Position numbers and translations under genes: made by a program
Assembly: GCF_000195855.1 (NCBI RefSeq)
Contig: NC_002677.1
Span: 2,700,001 to 2,732,000 of the forward strand
From: Mycobacterium leprae TN
GTDB taxonomy: Bacteria > Actinomycetota > Actinomycetes > Mycobacteriales > Mycobacteriaceae
Direction: 5' to 3'
DNA: 32,000 nt
The notes under the pieces: model-generated
Databases searched by the model: none
Seen by the model: only the letters and a program-made list of their open reading frames with translations
What the model was told of the DNA's origin: nothing
Shown here: in pieces, positions 21,261-31,462 of the stretch
Numbering within the stretch: position 1 is the first letter of the stretch
Layout of the letters: every line of letters begins with the position of its first letter

Positions 21261-21463
21261 ACTCCCCTCTAACCTCTAACCTGGTCGGAGCGCAGGGGCG
21301 CCAGTGTAAACGATCACCGTGCAGTACCGGTTCCGTACAAATTGTGATGGACGTCAATTAGTCGACCCCAAATTCTGCTGTCGGTTCAATTGGCTTCGTC
21401 TGAATACAGAACCGCATGGCAACATAAACCGCGACGACGGCGAATTCTCGAAAGGACCGGGCT

Positions 21464-22009
21464 ATGAGCAAAGGCGATCGCAAGAACGGTGTGCCCAGCA
21501 CCCTGACCACGATTCCGTTGGTCGACCCGCACGCCGAACCCACTGAGCCATCGATAGGTGATCTGATCAAAGATGCGACAACTCAAGTATCCACGCTGGT
21601 GCGCGCCGAGGTTGAGTTGGCCCGCGCCGAGATCATTCGTGACGTCAAGAAGGGTCTGACAGGCAGCGTTTTCTTCATCGCCGCACTGGTGGTGTTGTTC
21701 TACTCGACATTCTTTTTCTTCTTGTTCCTCGCCGAGCTGCTTGACACCTGGCTATGGCGCTGGGTGGCCTTACTGATCGTTTTCGCGATTATGGTCATGG
21801 TCACGGCTGCGCTAGCACTATTGGGCTACGTGAAGATCCGCCGGATCCGGGGACCGCACCAAACCATCGAGTCGGTCAAGGAGACACGCACCGCCCTCAC
21901 CCCCGGCCACGATAAGGCGCAAGCCAGGCCGCGCAAACTCACCGGATCCGGCACTAACCCGGAAAACAATCCCGACCGCAGGACCCCCGCCGATCCCTCG
22001 GGTTGGTAG
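21464..22009 (+). CDS. Phage holin-family-like small membrane protein (Rv3669-like)
   Basis: Intact 181 aa ORF. PSIGDLIKDATTQVSTLVRAEVELARAEI is followed by two TM helices, typical of the actinobacterial holin-superfamily III (DUF1469-like) pattern. Confidence 0.8.
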   Translation: MSKGDRKNGVPSTLTTIPLVDPHAEPTEPSIGDLIKDATTQVSTLVRAEVELARAEIIRDVKKGLTGSVFFIAALVVLFYSTFFFFLFLAELLDTWLWRWVALLIVFAIMVMVTAALALLGYVKIRRIRGPHQTIESVKETRTALTPGHDKAQARPRKLTGSGTNPENNPDRRTPADPSGW

Positions 22010-22984
22010 ATGGCAATGTCGAACCCGTCGGTGACCCGTATCGCCGGGCCATGGCACCATCTGGACGTGCACGCCAACGGCATCCGATTCCACGTCGTCG
22101 AGGCGGTGCCCACCCAGCCAGCCGGCCAGGACTGCGCCCCTTCGGCTACGGCACGACCACTGGTAATGCTGCTGCATGGTTTCGGTTCTTTCTGGTGGTC
22201 CTGGCGTCATCAGCTACGCGGCCTGACCGAAGCGCGACTGGTCGCGGTGGACCTGCGTGGCTACGGTGGCAGCGACAAACCGCCCCGCGGCTATGACGGC
22301 TGGACACTTGCCGGCGACACAGCCGGGCTCATCCGAGCACTGGGGCACTCATCGGCGACACTGGTTGGCCACGCCGAAGGCGGGCTTGCGTGCTGGGCCA
22401 CCGCGCTGCTGCACCCACGGCTGGTGCGCGCCATTGCCCTGATCAACTCACCGCACCCAGCAGCGTTACGACGATCAATGCTGACGCACCGTAATCAAGG
22501 TTACGCACTGCTGCCGACGTTGCTACGCTACCAGTTACCAATTTGGCCGGAACGTTTGCTGACCCGCAATAACGCAGCGGAGATCGAACGCCTAGTCCGC
22601 AGTCGCAGCAGTGCCAAATGGCAAGCTTGCGAGGATTTCGCGGTCACGATCGACCATTTGCGTATAGCGATCCAGATTCCGGCTGCCGCGCACTGTGCAC
22701 TCGAGTATCAGCGTTGGGCAGTGCGTAGCCAGCTACGTAACGAAGGCCGTAAATTCATGAAATCGATGTCTCGACCATTCAGCGTACCGCTGCTGCACGT
22801 ACGCGGCGACGCGGATCCCTACCTGCTAGCCGACTCGGTGGACCGAACACGGCGCTATGCACCGCACGGACGCTACGTATCCGTTTCCGACGCAGGACAT
22901 TTCAGTCACGAAGAAGCACCAGAGGAAATTAACAGATACCTGACGCGGTTTCTCAAGCAGGTTCACGGGCCCCGGCTCAGCTGA
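22010..22984 (+). CDS. ephE: Alpha/beta hydrolase annotated as epoxide hydrolase-like EphE (Rv3670-like)
   Basis: Intact ORF with HGFGSFWWSWR, AVDLRGYGGSDKPPRGYD and C-terminal DAGHFSHEEAPEE. Translation may begin at an internal start. Confidence 0.88.
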   Translation: MAMSNPSVTRIAGPWHHLDVHANGIRFHVVEAVPTQPAGQDCAPSATARPLVMLLHGFGSFWWSWRHQLRGLTEARLVAVDLRGYGGSDKPPRGYDGWTLAGDTAGLIRALGHSSATLVGHAEGGLACWATALLHPRLVRAIALINSPHPAALRRSMLTHRNQGYALLPTLLRYQLPIWPERLLTRNNAAEIERLVRSRSSAKWQACEDFAVTIDHLRIAIQIPAAAHCALEYQRWAVRSQLRNEGRKFMKSMSRPFSVPLLHVRGDADPYLLADSVDRTRRYAPHGRYVSVSDAGHFSHEEAPEEINRYLTRFLKQVHGPRLS

Positions 22985-24182
22985 CGCAGGCCCCAGTGGC
23001 CACCGCCTCCTGGGTCTCACCGATTTCGGTAAGCCGGTGGGACACTTCCTCAGCCGTCAACACGAAACCAGTTTCGGAATCATCGACAGCCGCACCGAAC
23101 ACCACACCAAGCACCCGACCATTAAGGTCGATCAGTGGTCCACCTGAATTGCCTTGTTCCACAGTAGCTCTGATAGTGTACACGTCGCGGGTGACCGGCG
23201 CCAGACCTCGGTAGATGTCGGGTCCGGTGAGTTTGATGGCCTGGCGAATCCTGGCCGAGGTTGCGGTGAAGTTACCGCCGCCGGGATACCCCAGCATCAC
23301 CACGTTGGTGCCCGGCTTGGCCTTAGTGTCGTCGAAGCGCAGCGGCGCAGGCGGCAAATGCGGGACAGCTAGGATAGCGATATCGACCGACGGGTCGTAG
23401 GACACCACGGTGGCGTCAAACGGATTGCCGCTGGCGTACACCTGCACACCGTCGGACCCGGCCACCACGTGTGCGTTGGTCATCACCCGATCGAGCGATA
23501 CCACGAATCCAGTTCCCTCCAACACTTTCTGACAGCTGGGCGCCACACTGCGGATCTTAACCACACTGGGTTGGGTCGCCAGCACCACCGGATTGTCGAC
23601 CAACGCCGGGTCCGGCGACGCGACTGGAAGGACCGGGGTGCGGCTGAACGGCTCTAGCACTGCAGGCAGACCAGACGTATTCAGCAGCGCCGAGAGCCGC
23701 TTAGGCACCGTCTTCAGCCAGGGTGGCGCGACCTCATTGACTGAAGCGAGCGCCCGCGAACCCCGGACCGCGGAGGCCAGCTCTGGCTGCTCTTTCGACT
23801 GGGTCAGCGGTGTCGCCAACAGCCAAGCCGCGGTCAGCACTACAATGAGCTGAACCCCAACCCCAATGACCGAGTCAACCAATCGCACTGTCCGGCTGCG
23901 GTTCGCGCTGCGCACCGCACGTCCCAGCACCACACCGACGACTTCACCAATCACAACCAATGCGAGGATCAGAAAAAGGGCGGCGAATAATTTGGCGCGC
24001 GGAGCACTGATGTGGCTAACGACGTGCGGCACCAGCAGCACGCCCGCCATTGCGCCGAACAGTACGCCGATTAACGACAGCAGAGACCCCAACGCGCCCG
24101 AACGCCAGCCCGAAATGGCAGCGATGAACGCGACCGCTAGAACAGCGATATCCAGCCACTCCGACAGAGTCATCGAACTCAT
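22977..24182 (-). CDS. marP: Membrane-anchored periplasmic serine protease MarP (Rv3671c-like)
   Basis: Intact 401 aa ORF with four N-terminal TM segments (CvpA-like), then a protease domain: TNAHVVAGS, DPSVDIAIL, VEQGNSGGPLI. Confidence 0.95.
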   Translation of the reverse strand: MSSMTLSEWLDIAVLAVAFIAAISGWRSGALGSLLSLIGVLFGAMAGVLLVPHVVSHISAPRAKLFAALFLILALVVIGEVVGVVLGRAVRSANRSRTVRLVDSVIGVGVQLIVVLTAAWLLATPLTQSKEQPELASAVRGSRALASVNEVAPPWLKTVPKRLSALLNTSGLPAVLEPFSRTPVLPVASPDPALVDNPVVLATQPSVVKIRSVAPSCQKVLEGTGFVVSLDRVMTNAHVVAGSDGVQVYASGNPFDATVVSYDPSVDIAILAVPHLPPAPLRFDDTKAKPGTNVVMLGYPGGGNFTATSARIRQAIKLTGPDIYRGLAPVTRDVYTIRATVEQGNSGGPLIDLNGRVLGVVFGAAVDDSETGFVLTAEEVSHRLTEIGETQEAVATGACVS

Positions 24183-24979
24183 CGCGGATCTCCCTGACTA
24201 TCGACCAGCGCCATCGCCTCGCCCACCTCGCGAACGTCGGTGACGTCCCAGGATTGAGCCCAGCCGGCGACGTCGAGCATCGCAGCGATCACCTGGCCAG
24301 TGAATCCCCACACCAGCATATCGTTCAATAGGAACGCCGGCCCGTACCAGCGGTGGCCATGGGCACGACGGTACACCATCAGCCGGTTGGCCGGATTAAT
24401 GAAGGCACACAACGGAACCCGCGCCACGATCGCCGTTTCGGCCTCGTTCACGACAGCCACAGGCCCGGGATCAGCCGAGTAGGCCAACACCGGCACCACA
24501 TGGAACCGTGAAGGCGCAATAAACATCCGCTCCAATGTGGCCAATGGATGGAGCCTGGCGAGGTCGATCCCGGTTTCTTCGTGTGCTTCGCGAAGAGCGG
24601 TCGCGACCGGCCCGTCATCGGTGGGATCGGAGGCACCCCCGGGGAATGCCGCCTGCCCCGCATGGTGACGCAGTGTCGACGCCCGCACAGTCAGCAACAG
24701 ATCGGCGTCGTCGGGCGCACCACCGTCCGGCGGCCCAGATTCCGGACCCGAGAACAGCACCAGTACAGCAGCCTCACGCCCGTCGCGGCGCAAAGCCACC
24801 GATGGTATCGCCCTGGCCGCGGTCACTATTGCCAGCACATCTGCCGGTAGAAGACGCTGATATACACCCGGCATCACAGCGATGTTGTCAACCAGCGGAC
24901 GCAGCCAGGACGGTCCGACGTCAAACACCAGAGGAACCGTCCCCTGCACGCGGGCAGTACATCCAGCACTCACCGGCAC
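24179..24979 (-). CDS. NUDIX hydrolase, CoA pyrophosphatase subfamily (Rv3672c-like)
   Basis: Intact 266 aa ORF with LRHHAGQAAFPGG and the Nudix box GGASDPTDDGPVATALREAHEETGI. Confidence 0.9.
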   Translation of the reverse strand: MPVSAGCTARVQGTVPLVFDVGPSWLRPLVDNIAVMPGVYQRLLPADVLAIVTAARAIPSVALRRDGREAAVLVLFSGPESGPPDGGAPDDADLLLTVRASTLRHHAGQAAFPGGASDPTDDGPVATALREAHEETGIDLARLHPLATLERMFIAPSRFHVVPVLAYSADPGPVAVVNEAETAIVARVPLCAFINPANRLMVYRRAHGHRWYGPAFLLNDMLVWGFTGQVIAAMLDVAGWAQSWDVTDVREVGEAMALVDSQGDPR

Positions 24980-25024
24980 CTCACAGTTGCCCGGCCTCCC
25001 ACCGCTCCGGATTGCCGACCTCGC

Positions 25025-25672
25025 TCATCCCGTGTCGTTCCCTACCGCAGCCGCGATTTGGTCGACACTCACTAAAGCCCGAGGCAGCGTCTGCGCAACG
25101 CTACCGTCCGGGCGCAAGACCACAGTAGTGGGTATCACATTTGCGACCCCGAACGCCGCCGCAACACGCCGGCGACCGTCCTGCAGGGTCGGCAGCCGCA
25201 CACCGAGCTGCGCCAACCGCAGTAACGCGGCCATCTCATTCTCGTCTTGATGCACCGTAACCACCATCACGTCAGATCCGACCCGTCGTTGATACTCGAC
25301 CATCGCAGGCAGTTCGCCCAGGCATGACGCACACCAACTGGCCCACAAGTTCAAGACCACCCGGCGTCCGGCCAGCGCCCGAGCGACATCGACGGCGAAA
25401 CCGTCCGACGCGCATTCCAACACCACACCGCGCAATACCGCCGGACCTGGACCACTCCCGGCATCAGGACACGGTGGCAGGTTCGCATGCTCCCGTGGCC
25501 CCGCCAACGCAGCCGGAGTGTCGGCATCACGATGTTCGCGTTCGATGGTTGCCTGGGTCATCTCGATGGTTCGCGCGTTGTCGCGCAGCTGGCCCACCAA
25601 AGCCGCCACCAGCGCGACCACCACTGCAAGTACTACGATGGTCCCACAGGTTTTCGGGGTTAAGGTCTTCAT
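25025..25672 (-). CDS. Membrane-anchored thioredoxin/TlpA-like protein (Rv3673c-like)
   Basis: Intact 215 aa ORF with N-terminal TM and redox motif ASWCASCLGELPAM. Confidence 0.9.
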   Translation of the reverse strand: MKTLTPKTCGTIVVLAVVVALVAALVGQLRDNARTIEMTQATIEREHRDADTPAALAGPREHANLPPCPDAGSGPGPAVLRGVVLECASDGFAVDVARALAGRRVVLNLWASWCASCLGELPAMVEYQRRVGSDVMVVTVHQDENEMAALLRLAQLGVRLPTLQDGRRRVAAAFGVANVIPTTVVLRPDGSVAQTLPRALVSVDQIAAAVGNDTG

Positions 25673-25722
25673 TGCGGTCCCAACGCGGCAGAGTTGGACG
25701 GTCCGTTATCTACAACCTGAAC

Positions 25723-26520
25723 TTATAGTCCAGCCAGGGCCAGCAAGTGCCCGGCTTCCGGGCCTTGGACGAGAGGCGCGGCCAGCAGCGGTTCAGTGGG
25801 GCCAAGGCCGAAGGAGGGACAGTCCTTGGCAAGTACGCAAACACCGCATGCCGGTTTGCGCGCGTGGCACACCCGACGACCGTGGAAGATCACTCGGTGG
25901 CTCAGCAAAGTCCACTGATCGCGTTCGATCAGTTCACCGACAGCATGCTCCACCTTGACTGGATCCTCTTCGGCCGTCCAACGCCATCGCCGCACTAATC
26001 GTCCAAAATGCGTGTCGACAGTGATCCCGGGGATACCGAACGCATTTCCCAGAATGACATTAGCGGTCTTGCGTCCTACACCGGGTAACGTAAACAGGTC
26101 AACCATGGTCGAGGGCACCTCGCCATCGAACCGCTCGACCAAGGCCTGCCCGAGCCTGATAAGCGAAGCCGCCTTGTTACGGAAGAAACCCGTAGGACGT
26201 ATGAAGTTTTCTAGTTCAGCGCGATCCGCTTGCATGTAGTCCAGCGCCGACCGGTAACGCGCAAACACAGCTGGTGTCGTCAAGTTCACCCGCTTATCGG
26301 TGCTCTGCGCCGAAAGGATGGTGGCCACCGTCAACTCCAGCGGCGACGTGAAATCCAATTCACAGTACACATGCGGAAATGCTTGCGCCAATGCACGATT
26401 CATCCTCCGCGCCCGTCGCACCAAACCCAGTCTGGTTTCCCCGGACCAGCGCCGGGCCACGTCGACACCAGGCGTGAGGGGCATTACTTTAGAACGCCCG
26501 TATAACTTTGCTGCTGTCAC
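25723..26520 (-). CDS. nth: Endonuclease III (Nth)
   Basis: Intact 265 aa ORF with HhH motif LPGVGRKTA, catalytic [11 protein letters not shown], and 4Fe-4S ligands C-x6-C-x2-C-x5-C ([17 protein letters not shown]). Confidence 0.95.
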   Translation of the reverse strand: MTAAKLYGRSKVMPLTPGVDVARRWSGETRLGLVRRARRMNRALAQAFPHVYCELDFTSPLELTVATILSAQSTDKRVNLTTPAVFARYRSALDYMQADRAELENFIRPTGFFRNKAASLIRLGQALVERFDGEVPSTMVDLFTLPGVGRKTANVILGNAFGIPGITVDTHFGRLVRRWRWTAEEDPVKVEHAVGELIERDQWTLLSHRVIFHGRRVCHARKPACGVCVLAKDCPSFGLGPTEPLLAAPLVQGPEAGHLLALAGL

Positions 26521-26909
26521 CCACGACAGAGTACCGAATTTCGTAATCCCACTGAGACCTGAGCCAGGTTTACTCTCCTTGTGTCATGGTTGCTGATGAC
26601 CTGTGTGCCGATGACGCTTATGCTCGCAACGCTTGGATTGGAGCGATTGGAAAAGGAATCTGGCCCATGACACCGTTAGCGTGACCAACGTCGCCGAGTT
26701 TCTTGATCCCGCTAAGGCCGGCTTACCCACGCCAGTACACCAGCGTCGGCGGATCAATCCACAGGTTAATGCGACCCAACACGTCAATCGTGTGTAGCGT
26801 TGGCAAATTGAATCTGTTAGCCCTAGTCTCTAGGCTCGTCAGCGAAACAGAGGTAAACCGAGGTTAGCCTACCCATATGACATCGCAAGAAAACTAATTA
26901 AGGGGCAAA

Positions 26910-27584
26910 GTGGACGAGATCCTGGCAAGGGCAGGAATCTTCCAAGGGGTGGAACCCAGCGCCGTAGCTGCGCTGACCAAGCAACTCCAACCTGTCGACT
27001 TCCCCCGTGGCCATACAGTTTTCACTGAAGGCGAGCCAGGCGATCGGCTATACATCATCGTTTCGGGAAAGGTCAAGATCGGTCGCCGCTCACCAGATGG
27101 CCGGGAGAATCTTCTCACGATCATGGGCCCGTCAGACATGTTCGGCGAGTTGTCAATCTTCGACCCAGGACCACGGACGTCCAGCGCGACCACGATCACC
27201 GAAGTCCGAGCGGTATCAATGGACCGCGATGCTCTACGAGCATGGATCGCCGATCGTCCCGAAATCGCCGAACAGCTATTGCGGGTGCTAGCCCGGCGGC
27301 TGCGGCGGACCAACAACAATCTAGCTGACCTCATCTTCACTGACGTGCCTGGTCGGGTGGCTAAGCAACTGTTGCAGCTCGCCCAGCGTTTCGGCACCCA
27401 GGAAGGTGGCGCGATGCGGGTCACCCACGACCTGACGCAAGAGGAGATCGCGCAATTGGTAGGCGCTTCCCGAGAAACGGTGAACAAGGCGCTGGCCGAT
27501 TTCGCGCACCGCGGCTGGATCCGTTTAGACGGTAAGAGCGTGCTGATCTCGGACTCCGAACGCCTCGCCCGACGAGCGAGGTAA
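26910..27584 (+). CDS. crp: CRP/FNR-family cAMP receptor protein
   Basis: Intact 224 aa ORF with cyclic-nucleotide-binding fold ([31 protein letters not shown]) and HTH ([21 protein letters not shown]). GTG start preceded by AAGGGG. Confidence 0.97.
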   Translation: MDEILARAGIFQGVEPSAVAALTKQLQPVDFPRGHTVFTEGEPGDRLYIIVSGKVKIGRRSPDGRENLLTIMGPSDMFGELSIFDPGPRTSSATTITEVRAVSMDRDALRAWIADRPEIAEQLLRVLARRLRRTNNNLADLIFTDVPGRVAKQLLQLAQRFGTQEGGAMRVTHDLTQEEIAQLVGASRETVNKALADFAHRGWIRLDGKSVLISDSERLARRAR

Positions 27585-27661
27585 GCGCCGTTAACATCGA
27601 AATCGACTTGCCGACAAGCTTTCTCGACATTTTTCCACGACAACATCAATCTCGGCGAGTG

Positions 27662-28450
27662 TTAGCGGCGCAGATAATCCAATTGCGCTTGAACAGACCA
27701 TTCGGCCGCATCCCAGAACTTCTCGTCGACGTCGACATAAACATGTTCAACGACCTGCCGTGCAGTCGCGTCGTCACCAAGTTCCCGTAACGCAGCGCGC
27801 ACCTGCTCCAGCCGCTCTTGCCGATGCACCAGGTACCCTGACGCGACCGATTCCAGGTTAGCCAAGTCCGGCCCGTGTCCAGGCAAGACCGTTCGCCGGC
27901 CCAGGCCGCTTAGCCGATGTAGTGATTCCAAGTAGTCCGCCAGGCTGCCGTCGTCGGGATCGATCACGGTGGTACCGTGGCCCAACACACTATCGGCGGT
28001 CAGCACGGCGTCAGCGAGGACGAACGACATAGAATCGGCGGTGTGGCCCGGGGTAGCCAACACGGTAATCGTCAACCCACCAGCATCGATCACCTCACGG
28101 TCGGTCAATGTCACCCCATCGCCCCGTAAAAACTGCGGGTCTGCGGCGCACACCGGTGCGCCGGTCAGCTCGACCAACTTGTCGATGCCGTCAGTATGGT
28201 CGGGGTGCCGGTGGCTAATCAACACCAACGCGATGCGACCCAACGTAGCAACCTGTACAATGTGTTCATCACCTGGCCCGGGATCAACAATGACTAACTC
28301 ACCGCTGCCCGGGCCACGCAACACCCAAGTGTTGGTGCCCTCCAACGTCAACAAACCAGGGTTATCAGCCAACAGAACCGACGCTGTGTCGGTGACCGCC
28401 CGCAGCCGGCCGTATGCGGGATGGGCTAGCCACTTGACCACCTCGGCCAC
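27662..28450 (-). CDS. Metallo-beta-lactamase fold hydrolase (Rv3677c-like)
   Basis: Intact 262 aa ORF with SHRHPDHTDG, LATPGHTADSM and LPGHGPDL. Confidence 0.93.
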   Translation of the reverse strand: MAEVVKWLAHPAYGRLRAVTDTASVLLADNPGLLTLEGTNTWVLRGPGSGELVIVDPGPGDEHIVQVATLGRIALVLISHRHPDHTDGIDKLVELTGAPVCAADPQFLRGDGVTLTDREVIDAGGLTITVLATPGHTADSMSFVLADAVLTADSVLGHGTTVIDPDDGSLADYLESLHRLSGLGRRTVLPGHGPDLANLESVASGYLVHRQERLEQVRAALRELGDDATARQVVEHVYVDVDEKFWDAAEWSVQAQLDYLRR

Positions 28451-28455
28451 GGAAG

Positions 28456-28911
28456 CTAGCCTAGTTCCACGATCAACTCAATTTCCACTGGTGCACCCAG
28501 CGGTAGCTCTGCCACACCGACTGCCGAACGCGCATGCCTACCTCTATCACCGAATACCTCAGCGAACAAGTCGGATGCTCCATTCACGACGCTCGGCTGG
28601 CCATTGAAGCCTGAACTGGAGGCAACGAATCCAACGACCTTGACCACCCCGGTCACCGAGTCGAGACCCACCAAGGAATCCACAGCCGCCAACGCGTTGA
28701 GCGCGCAAATCCGCGCCAACGCCTTGCCTTCGCCTAGGCTGACATCGGCACCGACCTTACCGGTCTGGGGCAACCGCCCGTCCTCGATTGGCAGCTGGCC
28801 CGAGGTGTATACCAAGTTACCGGTGCGCACCGCCGAAACATAGGAAGCCAACGGCGGCGCCGCTTGCGGAAGCTCGATACCTAGTTGTCCAAGCCGGGCT
28901 AAAACGCTCAT
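28456..28911 (-). CDS. RidA/YjgF-like protein (Rv3678c-like)
   Basis: MSVLARLGQLGIELPQAAPPLASYVSAVRTGNLVYTSGQLP..., 151 aa. I prefer the start at 28911 because it overlaps the upstream small ORF as ATGA; the supplied ORF track extends to 28980. Confidence 0.9.
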   Translation of the reverse strand: MSVLARLGQLGIELPQAAPPLASYVSAVRTGNLVYTSGQLPIEDGRLPQTGKVGADVSLGEGKALARICALNALAAVDSLVGLDSVTGVVKVVGFVASSSGFNGQPSVVNGASDLFAEVFGDRGRHARSAVGVAELPLGAPVEIELIVELG

Positions 28912-29069
28912 TTCGGACGCTTCAAGTATGCAACATGCTGCTCGCCCGTGGGGCCGGGCAGCACCGCCACTAACTCCCAACTATCGGCGCCCCATTGATC
29001 GAGGATTTGTTTGGTGGCGTGCGTCAGCAGAGGAACCGTGACATACTCCCATGCGGTAGTTTGGCTCAT
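28908..29069 (-). CDS. Small conserved protein of 53 aa (Rv3678A-like), not in the supplied ORF track
   Basis: MSQTTAWEYVTVPLLTHATKQILDQWGADSWELVAVLPGPTGEQHVAYLKRPK*. Its stop overlaps the ATG of the RidA-like gene. Confidence 0.88.
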   Translation of the reverse strand: MSQTTAWEYVTVPLLTHATKQILDQWGADSWELVAVLPGPTGEQHVAYLKRPK

Positions 29070-29190
29070 GATGCGAGCTTAACGGTCGGATTTCATACAG
29101 CTCTGGTCAGCCTGGTGGCCAGCCACGAGCCCGTGTTGTAAGCACCTACACTGCTTTACGAGGAACGCAGGTCGAGCGGGCTAGCATGCG

Positions 29191-30216
29191 ATGGTGACAC
29201 CCACCTCTGGTAAAGATAGTGCCATCGGCTGGCCCACCCGCTTGTCCAAGGCCCGTTTGCATCTTGTTACAGGCAAAGGCGGTACCGGAAAGTCGACGAT
29301 CGCTGCCGCGTTGGCACTGACCCTGGCAGCAGGAGGCCGCAAAGTCCTTCTCATCGAAGTCGAAGGGCGCCAAGGGATTGCACAACTCTTCGATGTCCCA
29401 CCCCTGCCTTACCAAGAACTAAAAATCGCAACCGCTGCGGGTGGCGGCCAGGTCAACGCCTTGGCCATCGACATCGAGGCCGCGTTCTTGGAATACCTCG
29501 ACATGTTCTACAACCTGGGCCTTGCCGGGCGGGCTATGCGCCGCATCGGTGCGATCGAGTTCGCAACAACGATCGCTCCCGGTCTGCGCGACGTGCTGCT
29601 CACCGGTAAGATCAAAGAGTCGGTGGTTCGCATAAACAAAGGAGCCAAAAACCCAGTCTATGACGCGATAGTTGTCGATGCGCCGCCGACCGGCCGCATC
29701 ACGCGTTTCCTGGATGTCACCAAAGCGGTGTCCAATTTGGCCAAGGACGGACCAGTGCACTCGCAAAGCCAAGGCGTGGTGGAGTTGCTGCACTCCGACC
29801 AGACTGCTATCCACCTAGTCACCCTGCTCGAGGCATTGCCAGTACAAGAGACGCTGGAAGCCATTCAGGAGCTTGCCGACATGGAGCTACCGATCGGCAG
29901 CGTGATCGTGAACCGCAACATACCGTGCTACCTAGGGCACCACGACCTGGCAAAGGTGGCAGAGGGTGACATCGACGCAGACACAGTGCGGAAGGGATTA
30001 GCGATGGCCGGAATCAAGCTCAACGACGCCGACTTCGCCGGCCTGCTGACCGAAACCATTCAGTATGCTATGGTAATTACCACGCGCGCCGAGGCAGCTC
30101 AGCAGCTGGACACCTTGCAGGTACCACGACTAGACCTACCGGCCATCTCCGACGGAGTCGACCTTGGTAACCTGTATGAGCTTTCGGAATCGCTTGCACA
30201 ACAGGGGGTTCGATGA
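29191..30216 (+). CDS. ArsA/Get3-like anion-transporting ATPase, first of pair (Rv3679-like)
   Basis: Intact 341 aa ORF with deviant Walker [10 protein letters not shown]. Confidence 0.93.
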   Translation: MVTPTSGKDSAIGWPTRLSKARLHLVTGKGGTGKSTIAAALALTLAAGGRKVLLIEVEGRQGIAQLFDVPPLPYQELKIATAAGGGQVNALAIDIEAAFLEYLDMFYNLGLAGRAMRRIGAIEFATTIAPGLRDVLLTGKIKESVVRINKGAKNPVYDAIVVDAPPTGRITRFLDVTKAVSNLAKDGPVHSQSQGVVELLHSDQTAIHLVTLLEALPVQETLEAIQELADMELPIGSVIVNRNIPCYLGHHDLAKVAEGDIDADTVRKGLAMAGIKLNDADFAGLLTETIQYAMVITTRAEAAQQLDTLQVPRLDLPAISDGVDLGNLYELSESLAQQGVR

Positions 30217-31358
30217 CTGCCCCTACTTCCCACAGGCCGCCTACCCTCGATATGGCAGCGATTTTGGCGGACACTTCCAATCGAGTGGTGGTGTGCTGCG
30301 GCGCCGGGGGCGTAGGCAAAACGACCACTGCGGCCGCGATGGCGTTACAGGCGGCCGAATATGGCCGCACTGTAGTCGTTTTGACGATCGACCCGGCCAA
30401 GCGGTTAGCACAGGCATTGGGAGTCAACGACCTCGGCAACACCCCACAGCGGGTCCCGCTAGCACCCGAAGTCCCCGGTGAATTGCACGCGATGATGCTT
30501 GACATGCGCCGCACATTCGACGAAATGGTCGTCCAATACTCCGGACCGGAGCGGGCACAAGCGATTCTGAATAGCGAATTCTATCAAACGGTCGCCACAT
30601 CGCTTGCTGGCACGCAAGAGTATATGGCAATGGAGAAGCTCGGTCAACTACTTAGCCAGGACCGCTGGGACTTGGTAGTGGTCGATACCCCGCCGTCACG
30701 CAACGCACTGGATTTCCTGGACGCGCCAAAACGGTTGGGAAACTTCATGAATAGCCGACTGGGGAGGCTGCTACTCACCCCCGGACGAGGTATCGGGCGG
30801 CTGGTGACCGGAGCCATGGGATTGGCGATGAGAGCCCTGTCTACGGTGCTCGGTTCACAGATGCTGGCCGACGCAGCAACTTTCGTGCAATCGCTGGACG
30901 CGACATTCGGCGGTTTCCGCGGAAAAGCCGATCGCACCTACGCGCTGCTGAAGCAGCGCGGCACCCAGTTCGTGGTGGTATCGGCGGCCGAACCCGACGC
31001 ACTGCGCGAGGCGTCCTTCTTCGTCGACCGGCTATCGCAGGAAAATATGCCGCTGGCAGGGCTCATGTTAAATCGCACCCACCCGACATTGTGCGCGTTG
31101 CCCGTGGAGCAGGCGATCGACGCAAGCAAGACGCTGCAAGACGAGATCACCAATTCCGCGGCCGCATCCCTGGCGACAGCAGTGCTGAGGATTCATGCCG
31201 ACCGCGGGCAGACCGCCAAGCGCGAGGCCCGGTTGCTGTCTCGCTTCACCGGCGCTAACCCCCACGTACCAGTCATCGGGATACCGTTGCTGCCGTTCGA
31301 CGTATCGGACCTAGAGGCGCTGCGTGCGATCGCCGATCGCCTCACTGCGAGCCACTGA
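30213..31358 (+). CDS. ArsA/Get3-like anion-transporting ATPase, second of pair (Rv3680-like)
   Basis: Intact 381 aa ORF with P-loop [11 protein letters not shown]. Overlaps the upstream gene by 4 bp (ATGA). Confidence 0.93.
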   Translation: MTAPTSHRPPTLDMAAILADTSNRVVVCCGAGGVGKTTTAAAMALQAAEYGRTVVVLTIDPAKRLAQALGVNDLGNTPQRVPLAPEVPGELHAMMLDMRRTFDEMVVQYSGPERAQAILNSEFYQTVATSLAGTQEYMAMEKLGQLLSQDRWDLVVVDTPPSRNALDFLDAPKRLGNFMNSRLGRLLLTPGRGIGRLVTGAMGLAMRALSTVLGSQMLADAATFVQSLDATFGGFRGKADRTYALLKQRGTQFVVVSAAEPDALREASFFVDRLSQENMPLAGLMLNRTHPTLCALPVEQAIDASKTLQDEITNSAAASLATAVLRIHADRGQTAKREARLLSRFTGANPHVPVIGIPLLPFDVSDLEALRAIADRLTASH

Positions 31359-31462
31359 AGAACCCCGGGAATAGTAACAAGTTAAGTAACTTTGAGTAAT
31401 GCGGGCCTTCCGGAGGCGTCCTCGGTGAACTAAAGCCCCTGATCGACTGAGCCTATACAAAC

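Noticed and set aside
22010-22984. Treating the ephE-like ORF as a pseudogene because of the missing nucleophile
   Set aside because: The reading frame is full length and uninterrupted with conserved fold markers, so it is kept as a CDS and the substitution is reported as a finding.
24535-25128. 197 aa plus-strand ORF opposite the NUDIX gene
   Set aside because: Shadow ORF rich in Arg/Pro/Ser; the NUDIX frame is strongly supported.
26894-27649. 251 aa minus-strand ORF over crp
   Set aside because: Antisense of an unambiguous crp gene; the composition is typical of a shadow ORF.
27969-28607. 212 aa plus-strand ORF over the MBL-hydrolase gene
   Set aside because: Antisense to a gene with clear metallo-beta-lactamase motifs.
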